Virus record (IMG/VR): IMGVR_UViG_3300014508_000071 | Span: 1 to 54,545 of that record | DNA from: a virus | Lineage: Duplodnaviria > Caudoviricetes | Reading direction: 5' to 3' (one strand) | DNA: 54,545 bases | Shown: positions 45,903 through 54,313 of the stretch, piece after piece | How positions within the stretch are numbered: the stretch's first letter is position 1 | Layout of the letters: each line of letters begins with the position of its first letter | Position numbers and translations under genes: made by a program | The notes under the pieces: model-generated | What the model saw: the letters and a program-made list of their open reading frames with translations, nothing else | The model's database searches: none | Told to the model about the DNA's origin: nothing

Positions 45903-46361
45903 TTAATCTACTTTTCCAGACCTAAAAAGAACTCCACCCCCACCTCTTGGTGGTTTTCTAAAAGGTTTAGATTGAGGTTTTTCTGTTTCTTTTATTTCAG
46001 GCTCTAAGCTTTCTCCATCCTTTATTCCGAACTCTTCTCTAACCTCTGGTCTGATCATCCAAGATTGAATTTTCATATTAGAAAGCCAATCCTGCATTGT
46101 TGGAATGAAACCTAAATCTTCCGTAACATGTTGTTCTGCTATATCTCGAACAGAGACAACTCTTCCATCGGAGTTAGTGATTACTTCTCCAAATATCTTC
46201 TCTATTAAGTAGATACCAAAAGCGGAGTGATATACAGCTCGATGCCGAACATCTGGCATTGCGGATTTGGTGCAATCCATTTCATTATGTATCGGAAGGT
46301 AGTCGGAATATAGACCGCCAAATTTTCTGACAGAGTTTTTTGCGTGTATGTAAGGCTTCAT
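45903..46361 (-). CDS. His-rich conserved phage protein (DUF6915-like)
   Basis: PYIHAKNSVRKFGG, RHRAVYHS, VRDIAEQHVTEDLGFIPT; family name from memory. Confidence 0.65.
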   Translation of the reverse strand: MKPYIHAKNSVRKFGGLYSDYLPIHNEMDCTKSAMPDVRHRAVYHSAFGIYLIEKIFGEVITNSDGRVVSVRDIAEQHVTEDLGFIPTMQDWLSNMKIQSWMIRPEVREEFGIKDGESLEPEIKETEKPQSKPFRKPPRGGGGVLFRSGKVD

Positions 46362-46461
46362 TATAGTCTAGTTTTAGTATTCGAGAAAATTCATTACTTC
46401 TCCATCTCGGAAGACGATCCAACGAGATTCCTCTCTTCTTGCTTCCGCAAACAGTTCTTTA

Positions 46462-46719
46462 CTACTGTGCATTATATTCTAACCCCAGCTCCATTACAAG
46501 CCAAGATATTTCTTTTTCAGCTTCAGTTTGAGTCAACTCAAGTTGATCTGCTATTGATTCTACGCCCCACTGGATTAATTCAGCGTATTCATCATTACTT
46601 AAAGGGTTGTCTTCTCTCCAAGAATCAGATATAAGAACTTCATCTTGAGTAACTCCAACAATTAACATATGTTGATTGACAAACTCTTTTTTAAATTGAT
46701 CTTTTTGTTCAACAGTCAT
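46462..46719 (-). CDS. hypothetical protein
   Basis: 85-aa ORF. Confidence 0.6.
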   Translation of the reverse strand: MTVEQKDQFKKEFVNQHMLIVGVTQDEVLISDSWREDNPLSNDEYAELIQWGVESIADQLELTQTEAEKEISWLVMELGLEYNAQ

Positions 46720-46743
46720 TTCTTCTAAATTTAATGTAAATGA

Positions 46744-47505
46744 TTAATCTTTAATTTCTTCGAAGTTAGGATAAAACCCTAATCTCCCAAGTACAAACTC
46801 ATTTTTATTTCGATTTTTAATATGCCACTTTCCCTCTTCCGTCCTTTCCAGCCAATACTCCCTTCGAGTCATGGACGAGTTTTGTTCCGTAATTTCAATA
46901 CGATCTTCTTCAACAGAAGAAATAATAGCAACGTGACCATAGTTTCCTTTATTAGTGAAAACGATTATTTCATTGACCTTGGGCTTATGGACACTATAAC
47001 AAGAGAATTGGTATAAACCTCTATCTTTATTAAACTCTCCATCCTTTAATCTTTTATTAAAGAATGATTTTGCATGCCCTCGGTCTTTTGGCATCTTATG
47101 ACCAAAGTGTTCGTAGTAATATCTCTTTACAAACTCAACACATTGCCACTTCAACCCCAAATTGTAACCATCCTCGGTTTTATGTCTGCGCTTTCCACGC
47201 TTTCCGCTTCCTTTGCTGTTATAGACATAAACACCATTTAATGAATCAAGAACCGCTCCGTATGAGCTAGAAACTGCCCTGTTCGGTTCTCTTAGTTTTT
47301 CTATTCCTTCTATAGTATTGATTTCATCCGCATCGCCTTTTTCATCTTCAATAAACTTTATCTCATCCCATTCAAATTGAAAGGGCTTAATGTTTTGTGC
47401 CAATAAAGCTTTTGTTGGTTGTTTCCTTTCAGAAATGAAAGATGTTGTTATGAATGCGCATGATAAAAATAGAAGAAGAATTATAGTAAGTCTTCTTGTA
47501 TTCAT
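46744..47505 (-). CDS. CHAP-domain amidase/peptidase with N-terminal anchor
   Basis: GLKWQCVEFVKRYY, YGHVAII, EQN. Confidence 0.85.
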   Translation of the reverse strand: MNTRRLTIILLLFLSCAFITTSFISERKQPTKALLAQNIKPFQFEWDEIKFIEDEKGDADEINTIEGIEKLREPNRAVSSSYGAVLDSLNGVYVYNSKGSGKRGKRRHKTEDGYNLGLKWQCVEFVKRYYYEHFGHKMPKDRGHAKSFFNKRLKDGEFNKDRGLYQFSCYSVHKPKVNEIIVFTNKGNYGHVAIISSVEEDRIEITEQNSSMTRREYWLERTEEGKWHIKNRNKNEFVLGRLGFYPNFEEIKD

Positions 47506-47574
47506 ACTTCTTTTTTAAGTTTCGTCTAACGAATTTAAGAAAAATATATGCAAATAACAAAAAAACTTACCGTT

Positions 47575-47934
47575 TTAACTCCTCATTGAGTAGTAATCAA
47601 CTGTCTCAACCTTCTTTACATTCTTAACTTTCCAGATAAAATATCTTGTGTAATTTGGAAAATTCATTCTATACTGAACTCCATCAAACTTAATTCCTCC
47701 CGCATGTAGTTCAGAGTCTGAACCACGAGAGAAAAGGCTTGTAGGAAAAACATCTGGTCTCTTCCGGTTATGCTTTGGGTCTTCCATATTACTTACAAAT
47801 TCAGAGTAAGTAATATAGTTTTCATTAGAAAAACTGGTATCGTTCATCATAACGAAAGTTTGGTAATACACCATGTAAAAGAAAAGGAAACCCATTCCTA
47901 AAATAAAAAGTACTAATGCTAGTATTGCGATCAT
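47575..47934 (-). CDS. membrane-anchored hypothetical protein
   Basis: N-terminal TM. Confidence 0.6.
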   Translation of the reverse strand: MIAILALVLFILGMGFLFFYMVYYQTFVMMNDTSFSNENYITYSEFVSNMEDPKHNRKRPDVFPTSLFSRGSDSELHAGGIKFDGVQYRMNFPNYTRYFIWKVKNVKKVETVDYYSMRS

Positions 47935-48122
47935 TGTGTTTGGTTTAAATAATTTGTAATAGCTTCTCTGATATCATCAAATCCGCCCTTTTCTGCTGTT
48001 TCATGTAAACGCATTCCTCTTCCGTTAGAAGATTCTCTTAGTAACCAACCAGAACCGTAGCCCTGAGTTAAATCCTGAATTGCGTCTAACATTTCAGTAT
48101 CTGTGTATTTCTTATCTGACAT
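47931..48122 (-). CDS. hypothetical protein
   Basis: 63-aa ORF with ATGA overlap. Confidence 0.55.
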   Translation of the reverse strand: MSDKKYTDTEMLDAIQDLTQGYGSGWLLRESSNGRGMRLHETAEKGGFDDIREAITNYLNQTQ

Positions 48123-48127
48123 ATATT

Positions 48128-49183
48128 CTATTTTTTAAACCTAGATAAAGCACTAGGTGTGATTAAATTCCAGCTAGCTTGACCAATGAAGCTAGCAAAG
48201 TTTTCAGCACCACAATAACCCATTGCCGACCTTAGATAATGATCAAAGTTATCGTGCCATCCAGCTAAAGTGTCTGTAACCTCATTGATTCTATTAACAC
48301 CTTCCGATGTTCTAATTTTAGACTCATCTACACCCCAAGCTCTCTGAACTTCTTTGGTAGACATTCCTCTAAATTTTTTGTAAAACTTCATTCCATGCTT
48401 CATCATAGTCGCATATTGAGAATCGTACTGATCGATCAATTCTCCAGCCTCCTTCCATGAGCCGTGATCTTTGTTGCCCATATAGGTTGGTGCGCAACTT
48501 TCAAGTGTTTTATTGAACATTCCACCCAACATGACATAATCAGCACCTAGAGCTAACGCCTTGATGATGTCAGCATACTCTTTAAAGCCCCCATCAGCAA
48601 CGATCTTAATATTTAAGTCCTTTTGGGTTTTAAGTTTATAGCAATCATAAATTAAAGAACCCATTGGATATCCTACGGCAGACTGCTGGGTTGTTAAACA
48701 TCCAGAACCATTTCCAATTCCAACCCTACAATAATCAGCACCAGCTTTACTTAAAATCTCAAGAGTCTTGGGGTTGGCTATATTGCCTACCATCAATTTA
48801 AACTTATCTCCATGAAGAGACTTGAAATGAATGATAGCATCTGGTAAAGTGCTGATATGACCGTTTGCTGTATCAATGCAAATATTGTACATTGGAGAAA
48901 CCTTTCGATCAATATATGTTTCCTTAAAATCTTTAAGGCTCATTGATCTAAAGATATTTGGATCATCAGCATAGAAGTCTAAATTTTCCGCCCCTCTAGG
49001 CAAACAAACGTTTATTCCTAGCTCCTGAAACCTCTCATAATTTGCAACACTTACTACGGTGTCCATCGGAGCCGTAAATAGAGGGTTGTATTCTAGGCTG
49101 ATGTCTTTGAACCTTGATTGTATCAAAGTGCTTTCATCTGGCATCAACAGGATGTCATCCCAATCAAATTTAGTTTCGATCAT
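48128..49183 (-). CDS. IMP dehydrogenase / GMP reductase family protein
   Basis: APMDTV, IDTANGH, VGIGNGSGCLT, ADGG, KALALGADYVMLG, FRGMS. Confidence 0.88.
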   Translation of the reverse strand: MIETKFDWDDILLMPDESTLIQSRFKDISLEYNPLFTAPMDTVVSVANYERFQELGINVCLPRGAENLDFYADDPNIFRSMSLKDFKETYIDRKVSPMYNICIDTANGHISTLPDAIIHFKSLHGDKFKLMVGNIANPKTLEILSKAGADYCRVGIGNGSGCLTTQQSAVGYPMGSLIYDCYKLKTQKDLNIKIVADGGFKEYADIIKALALGADYVMLGGMFNKTLESCAPTYMGNKDHGSWKEAGELIDQYDSQYATMMKHGMKFYKKFRGMSTKEVQRAWGVDESKIRTSEGVNRINEVTDTLAGWHDNFDHYLRSAMGYCGAENFASFIGQASWNLITPSALSRFKK

Positions 49184-49356
49184 AGCTTATTCCAGTTGTT
49201 TTTATTTTTAAGAAACTGTCTTCTTTTTTTAGAAGCTATTTTTTTCCAAGTTCTCTTAGATTTACCTTTAAGGTATTCTCGAATTTCTGACATCCATCCC
49301 GACATCTTATCAGCCCTGCTGACTGATGCCTCTCCTTGCTTGTGTTTCTTTTCCAT
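49180..49356 (-). CDS. small basic protein (58 aa)
   Basis: manual ORF MEKKHKQG...; ATGA overlap with the next gene. Confidence 0.5.
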   Translation of the reverse strand: MEKKHKQGEASVSRADKMSGWMSEIREYLKGKSKRTWKKIASKKRRQFLKNKNNWNKL

Positions 49357-49366
49357 TTGTGTTAGT

Positions 49367-49543
49367 TTAAATCATTACTTGACAATCTTTAGAGCCGTCT
49401 ATGCATCGAATACAATGCTCACATCTTTTGAATTTTGGTAAGTCACACCAATTTCCGTTCACTACGAATTCACAACCAATCGAATCAACCGTCTTTTCAT
49501 CGATCTCAAAATTGAATTTTGACTTTGCTTTTCCTCTAGGCAT
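49367..49543 (-). CDS. small Cys-rich protein (58 aa)
   Basis: manual ORF MPRGKAKSK...CEHCIRC. Confidence 0.45.
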   Translation of the reverse strand: MPRGKAKSKFNFEIDEKTVDSIGCEFVVNGNWCDLPKFKRCEHCIRCIDGSKDCQVMI

Positions 49544-49565
49544 GTGATACGTTACATTATACCCT

Positions 49566-49775
49566 TTACTTGGAGTGTAAAAACATATTTGATTCTGGAT
49601 GACCCAAAGAACCTCCTGTATTATTTGCTATAACCGAGCCTTCTTCAATCAGTGTGTCAATGTGTTCGGAAAAATCTTGAGAATTTTCTCCCATTACTCT
49701 GACAATTCCAGATAAACCCTGACCTGTATTCTTTTGTATATCAACTATACTGTTATAAACTTCTTCTTTAGTCAT
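49566..49775 (-). CDS. hypothetical protein
   Basis: 69-aa ORF. Confidence 0.5.
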   Translation of the reverse strand: MTKEEVYNSIVDIQKNTGQGLSGIVRVMGENSQDFSEHIDTLIEEGSVIANNTGGSLGHPESNMFLHSK

Positions 49776-50223
49776 CTTTAGTTTTTGTTACGTTTTTTTT
49801 CAACCATTCTTTTGTTTCATTGCTCAAACCTTCTTTCTTCAAAAGTTCAGAAAATTCTTTCGCCTTTCCAGTGAAACGTTCAGCAGCTTCTTCAATTTTG
49901 TCAGCTACTTCTTCGATTTTCTCTTCCGCTCTATCAACGAAATCTGATGCCTCTTGCTTCATATCTCTCCTCTCTGGCATTCCGTACTCTTCACCCATCT
50001 GAGTAATAATTCCGCCAATTTTACGAACTTTATCCATTGATTTTGGATAAGGAGCTTGTTCTTTATACCACTCTGTCTCAGCTTCAGCTATAAGGACTCT
50101 CATTGCAGAAAAAGCTGACCCTAACGGGAAATCTTCAACAACATGTGATAATGCATTTTTTTTCTGTCTTTCTTGATAATCTCTTTCGGTATCAAGAACT
50201 TTATAAACGTCTTTTCTTTTCAT
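49768..50223 (-). CDS. hypothetical protein
   Basis: 151-aa ORF. Confidence 0.65.
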   Translation of the reverse strand: MKRKDVYKVLDTERDYQERQKKNALSHVVEDFPLGSAFSAMRVLIAEAETEWYKEQAPYPKSMDKVRKIGGIITQMGEEYGMPERRDMKQEASDFVDRAEEKIEEVADKIEEAAERFTGKAKEFSELLKKEGLSNETKEWLKKNVTKTKDD

Positions 50224-50226
50224 TTC

Positions 50227-50418
50227 TTATTTTGTTTCAATTATAGTACACGGAAAATCTAATGCTTCTCCAAAAATAGGGCAACTAACCTCTGTTGCTG
50301 ACTCTAAAGCTGAATCATAATTCCAACCATCTAACCATTCTTCAATTTGTTCTTTCGAATCTTTGGCGAATCTAAGGATCGTGTCCCCCTCTTTATCGAA
50401 CACTTTTTTCATATTCAT
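50227..50418 (-). CDS. hypothetical protein
   Basis: 63-aa ORF. Confidence 0.5.
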   Translation of the reverse strand: MNMKKVFDKEGDTILRFAKDSKEQIEEWLDGWNYDSALESATEVSCPIFGEALDFPCTIIETK

Positions 50419-50992
50419 AACCTAATATTTGTGCTTGGTTTGTTCTTGGTTTGTTATCCTCAATAAGCCTATACACCAATCCAAATGATAACTGCATGTG
50501 GTTCCAACTCACCCCGCTCATAGCTCTTAAATCCCAACCGTCACTCAATTGAACTCTAGCATCTAAGTAGAATAAATGAAGATTATATTCATCTACATAT
50601 CCATCACCACTAAGGTTGAAATTTCTATCCTGAAGAATATTAAGCTGCATTCCTTGATATCCAAACCCAATCTTTGAGTTTCTTGTCGTGAAAACAAAAA
50701 CTGTACAGTGAAAACCGTAACTATAATATCGACCAAGTAAATCAAATTGTGCAGTAGGAGCAACGGCTATTCTTCTGTAGAACTGAGCTTCAGTAGATAA
50801 ACCAATAGTACCGAGCAAGGATGAGGGAGTAAAATTTATAGAGGGAATGAATCCCAAAACTACATCATCATCTTGTTCTTGTTCCCATGTGGGAGTCCAC
50901 ATGAATTGTTCGCTAGTCTGAGCAGTCGCTGGTAGCGACAATACAAAAACAAGCAATAAGGTGTATAGTGTTTTCATATGGTAAAAGTACAA
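50393..50992 (-). CDS. secreted protein, possible small outer-membrane beta-barrel
   Basis: signal peptide MKTLYTLLLVFVLSLPATAQ; alternating beta-strand pattern; likely start at MKTL. Confidence 0.55.
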   Translation of the reverse strand: MYFYHMKTLYTLLLVFVLSLPATAQTSEQFMWTPTWEQEQDDDVVLGFIPSINFTPSSLLGTIGLSTEAQFYRRIAVAPTAQFDLLGRYYSYGFHCTVFVFTTRNSKIGFGYQGMQLNILQDRNFNLSGDGYVDEYNLHLFYLDARVQLSDGWDLRAMSGVSWNHMQLSFGLVYRLIEDNKPRTNQAQILGYEYEKSVR

Positions 50993-51028
50993 AAAAAAGA
51001 GAGAACTAACAAGCCCTCTCTCTTTTTT
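50991..51028 (-). terminator. intrinsic terminator after glnS
   Basis: minus strand GAGAGGGC-TTGTTA-GTTCTCTC plus T run. Confidence 0.75.
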
Positions 51029-51031
51029 ATT

Positions 51032-52573
51032 TTAACCTTTCCATTCTCTTAGAGGAACTACCTCATGAAAGACATTGCCTTCCTTTTTGAAGTAACCCTT
51101 CCTTAAAAACTGTACTGGATATTCTTTAACCAATCCGTAACGAGTCAAACTAGGTTCGACATAACCCTTAGAAGTAAATACCTCATCTCCAGAATACTTC
51201 TTTACTTCAATCTCATCAGCATGCTCACAACTGACCCAGTGAATGGTTCCTTTAATCTTCCGATCTAGTTCCATGCCAGATTTAGAGTTTGGATCAAAAG
51301 TACAGTATACAGTTTCAATATTGCCGTCTATATCCTTATCACAGGACACCGCCTTAATCACATAAGCGCCTTTTAAACGAACCTCTCCATCCAACTTGAG
51401 TCTATGATACTTTCGGTTACCTTCCTCTCTGAAATCCTCTCTTTCGATGTAAATTTCTCTTGAAAAAGGAACTTCTCTACAGATAGCATCATCTGCATTA
51501 GTTAGGTCTATCTTAAAAACCTCTTCCGCAAGAATATCGTAGTTTTCAATCACAACTTTAATTGGATCAAGAACTCCCATTAATCTTAAAGAAGAACTAT
51601 TTAACTCCTCTCTAATGCAAGCTTCAAGAAGTTTTGGGTCGGTTTCCGAAACAAACTTAGTAATTCCGATCTTATCACAAAAGTACTTAATTGAATCTGG
51701 AGTATAACCCCTTCTTCTCAATCCTTTCAATGTATAAAGTCTCGGATCATCCCACCCATCAAACTTACCTTCATCGATCATTGAGCTTATTAACCGCTTG
51801 CTTGTAATACCTTCCGAGATATTAAGACGAGCAAACTCTATTTGTTCTGGCTTTAAATTATCGTTAAGGCAATGCTTATCAATAAACCAATTATAAAGTG
51901 GTCTATGAACTTCAAACTCCAAGGTACAAAGTGAGTGAGAAATGCTTTCAAGGTAATCGCAAAAGGGGTGAGCAAAATCGTACATTGGATACGCTGACCA
52001 TTCACTGCCAGTTCTATAATGAGGCTTATTGACAACTCTGTAAATCACTGGATCACGCATAAGCATGTTATCGTGAGTCATGTCAATTTTAGCACGTAAA
52101 ACCATCGAACCTTCCTTTTCTTTACCCTCAATCATTGAATTAAACAAATCGAGACTTTCCTTTGGATCACGATCTCTATAAGGAGAGTTTGTTCCGATAG
52201 AAGTTGGAGTACCCTTCATTTCTGCAATCTCTTCTGAAGTAGATTCATCTACATAAGCCCAACCCATTTCAATAAACCTCTTTGCTATCAAATAAAGATC
52301 GACAAAATAATCTGAAGCATAAGTTATCTCAGAAGGTTTGAACCCAAGCCATCTAACATCATCCTCAATTGATTTGACGAAACTCTCATCCTCAGTTAAA
52401 GGGTTAGTATCATCAAACCTCAATACTACTGGCGCAGAGTGCTTTTCACCCAATCCGAAGTTCAAGCAAATTGCTTTAGCGTGTCCGATATGTAGGTAGC
52501 CGTTTGGCTCCGGAGGAAAACGAAACTTTAATTTCTTCCCTGATTTCGATACTATTTCTTCAATAAAGTTCAT
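51032..52573 (-). CDS. glnS: glutaminyl-tRNA synthetase
   Basis: RFPPEPNGYLHIGHAKAI, RFDDTNP, YPMYDFAH, SHSLCTLEF, QIEFARLN, TSKR, GWDDPRL, KGTIHWVS. Confidence 0.95.
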   Translation of the reverse strand: MNFIEEIVSKSGKKLKFRFPPEPNGYLHIGHAKAICLNFGLGEKHSAPVVLRFDDTNPLTEDESFVKSIEDDVRWLGFKPSEITYASDYFVDLYLIAKRFIEMGWAYVDESTSEEIAEMKGTPTSIGTNSPYRDRDPKESLDLFNSMIEGKEKEGSMVLRAKIDMTHDNMLMRDPVIYRVVNKPHYRTGSEWSAYPMYDFAHPFCDYLESISHSLCTLEFEVHRPLYNWFIDKHCLNDNLKPEQIEFARLNISEGITSKRLISSMIDEGKFDGWDDPRLYTLKGLRRRGYTPDSIKYFCDKIGITKFVSETDPKLLEACIREELNSSSLRLMGVLDPIKVVIENYDILAEEVFKIDLTNADDAICREVPFSREIYIEREDFREEGNRKYHRLKLDGEVRLKGAYVIKAVSCDKDIDGNIETVYCTFDPNSKSGMELDRKIKGTIHWVSCEHADEIEVKKYSGDEVFTSKGYVEPSLTRYGLVKEYPVQFLRKGYFKKEGNVFHEVVPLREWKG

Positions 52574-52575
52574 TA

Positions 52576-53016
52576 TTATTTTCTTTCTTCTATTTCTTCC
52601 AAGATTTCTTTAATCTCTTCTTTATCAGTGACCTTATCCCAATCAGAACTATCGAACTCAATCCCCGACTCTTCCCACCTGTGATACCAATCTCCATTCC
52701 ACTTAGAATAAAAATTTTCAATTCGGATGTCAATTCCAGAAGCAAATCTTTCTGATTCTGTTTCAAGTAATATGTTTTCTTCCAGATAATCTCTATCAAG
52801 AACTTTAATAAAAGTTCCGTTGTCAATTGCCTTTCTAATGTATCTCATAAAAAGCATAGCTTTGTCAACTGGCAACAAAGTAGCTGACCCTACATCTTCT
52901 AAATCAACAGGGAACTCATACTCATCTTTATTGTATGTAGCATTGTAATAAGCTGTCTTTGAATTAAAGTATGAAAGCGTAACGCTCTTGTCTTTTACTA
53001 TGTCTATAATCTTCAT
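52576..53016 (-). CDS. hypothetical protein in the tRNA-Gln/glnS unit
   Basis: 146-aa ORF ending 2 nt before glnS. Confidence 0.7.
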   Translation of the reverse strand: MKIIDIVKDKSVTLSYFNSKTAYYNATYNKDEYEFPVDLEDVGSATLLPVDKAMLFMRYIRKAIDNGTFIKVLDRDYLEENILLETESERFASGIDIRIENFYSKWNGDWYHRWEESGIEFDSSDWDKVTDKEEIKEILEEIEERK

Positions 53017-53052
53017 AATATTGTGTGTTTTGTGTTGTCCAATATAGTCATT

Positions 53053-53238
53053 TTAAGACTTATTTACAAATTGTTTTACGTACTGTGTTTTCAAATCATT
53101 TATTTTTCTCTGGTAATCTCCCACACTAATTTCGGCAGAATCAGAAGTCTTCTTTGTTAGAGCGCTTTTCATCTCATCTTCTAATGTCTTGATTCTCTCA
53201 AGCATTTTGTTTTTCTTCTTTAAAGTTTTCTTATCCAT
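53053..53238 (-). CDS. small basic helical protein (61 aa)
   Basis: start set at MDKKTL; the longer tracked ORF overlaps tRNA genes. Confidence 0.6.
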   Translation of the reverse strand: MDKKTLKKKNKMLERIKTLEDEMKSALTKKTSDSAEISVGDYQRKINDLKTQYVKQFVNKS

Positions 53239-53258
53239 CTTTTCTAAATTTAGTTTAG

Positions 53259-53341
53259 TTGCCCGTAATGGAATCGAACCAAGTTGTCCCGTAGGAAAGG
53301 GCTTCAAAGACCCTCGTGTACACCAGCACACCTCTGAGGCA
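53259..53341 (-). tRNA. atypical tRNA-Gln(TTG)-like gene with long variable arm, possibly degenerate
   Basis: anticodon arm AGGGT-CTTTGAA-GCCCT; extra arm TCC-TACG-GGA; TTCGATT loop; mismatches in inner acceptor and T stems. Confidence 0.6.
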
Positions 53342-53346
53342 ATATG

Positions 53347-53418
53347 TTTCCTGTGATGGTATCGATCCATCTCTAACTGCTTCAAAGGCAGTTGGACTAG
53401 CCAGTATCCGAACAGGAA
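53347..53418 (-). tRNA. tRNA-Gln(TTG)
   Basis: acceptor TTCCTGT/ACAGGAA; anticodon arm ACTGC-CTTTGAA-GCAGT; T arm GATGG-ATCGATA-CCATC; no encoded CCA. Confidence 0.88.
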
Positions 53419-53428
53419 ATATTACTTG

Positions 53429-53501
53429 TTACCCCACTTGGACTCGAACCAAGACAGACACAGCTTCAGAGGCTGTCGCACTACCATTATGCTATGGGGC
53501 A
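53429..53501 (-). tRNA. tRNA-Gln(CTG)
   Basis: acceptor TGCCCCA/TGGGGTA; anticodon arm ACAGC-CTCTGAA-GCTGT; T arm CTTGG-TTCGAGT-CCAAG; no encoded CCA. Confidence 0.92.
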
Positions 53502-53515
53502 ATATTTATAAACAC

Positions 53516-53560
53516 AAAAAGGGAAAGCCTGAACTTAGATCGTTCAGGCTTTCCCTTTTT
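53516..53560 (-). terminator. attenuator terminator hairpin
   Basis: GGGAAAGCCTGAAC-GATCTAA-GTTCAGGCTTTCCC (14-bp stem) plus TTTTT, between leader ORF and first tRNA. Confidence 0.9.
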
Positions 53561-53583
53561 GAAGTGTTATTTGGATTCTTACA

Positions 53584-53670
53584 TCAAGTTACTCTTACAG
53601 GCACAGCGAGACGATCTGATCTCTCAGATTGTTGCTGTTGCTGTTGGAATATGTCGTAAAAATAAGTCAT
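53584..53670 (-). CDS. Gln-rich attenuator leader peptide MTYFYDIFQQQQQQSERSDRLAVPVRVT
   Basis: ATG 53670, CAA CAG CAA CAG CAA CAA at 53646-53629, TGA 53586-53584. Confidence 0.85.
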   Translation of the reverse strand: MTYFYDIFQQQQQQSERSDRLAVPVRVT

Positions 53671-53713
53671 GTTCTAATAAATATGAGGTTTTTTGGTTCC
53701 CCGCTTAATTATA

Positions 53714-53738
53714 ACGCAAATATATAAAAAAAAGTTAC
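53714..53738 (-). promoter_or_regulatory. overlapping promoter motifs for the leader/tRNA-Gln/glnS unit
   Basis: TATATTTG (53724-53717) nested in GTAACT-N16-CGT. Confidence 0.65.
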
Positions 53739-53744
53739 AATAAA

Positions 53745-54209
53745 TCAAGTTTTTTTCTTTTTTTCTTTTTCACTTTTCTTCTCTTCTATGATTCTTCTAG
53801 TAGTTGCGGTGGTTTTCTCAACATGACACTTATGGCAAAGAGTTTGAAAATTATCTATTCCAGTACCTCCTCCACCATCTCTAACCTCTATAATATGATC
53901 AGCTTGCCAGTTCAATTTATCCTTTTCTCCGCATTTTCTACAAATTGCTTTCTCATTCTTATAAAGTTGATTTCTGATTTGATTCATATCACCCTTAACT
54001 GCGTAAAAATGATCTAAAGCTCTTTGGTTGCAATCTTTGCTAGCCCACCTTCTTTTTCTTGGAGGTAAATCAGCCTCACATCCGCAAGCACATTTTTTAT
54101 CATCTCTTAAAGGGAATAAATTTTGAACTTTTAAACCAGTTTGATAACGTTTATAGTGATCAATTAATACCTCTTTATTTTTATTCTTCTTGGTGTTGTA
54201 TCTACTCAT
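53745..54209 (-). CDS. HNH endonuclease
   Basis: CRKC, WQADHIIEV..GGG...NFQTLCHKCH..K. Confidence 0.85.
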   Translation of the reverse strand: MSRYNTKKNKNKEVLIDHYKRYQTGLKVQNLFPLRDDKKCACGCEADLPPRKRRWASKDCNQRALDHFYAVKGDMNQIRNQLYKNEKAICRKCGEKDKLNWQADHIIEVRDGGGGTGIDNFQTLCHKCHVEKTTATTRRIIEEKKSEKEKKKKT

Positions 54210-54227
54210 TAAAACACTTATTTTAAC

Positions 54228-54262
54228 AAAAAAACCCAGATTTTTACATTCTGGGTTTTTTT
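54228..54262. terminator. intrinsic terminator
   Basis: AAAAAAACCCAGA...TCTGGGTTTTTTT. Confidence 0.75.
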
Positions 54263-54313
54263 ATCTTTTTTAAAGTCCACCCATAAGTCAAGCTTATGAA
54301 GGGACTGTTTTAT

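Noticed and set aside
53239-53385. N-terminal extension of ORF 53053..53385
   Set aside because: It overlaps two tRNA genes on the same strand; ATG 53238 is the more plausible start.
53316-53708. Plus-strand ORFs 53316..53708 and 53426..53659, the latter with a CCCCC run
   Set aside because: They are antisense to the tRNA genes and leader; the Cys run is just the reverse complement of the CAA/CAG codons.
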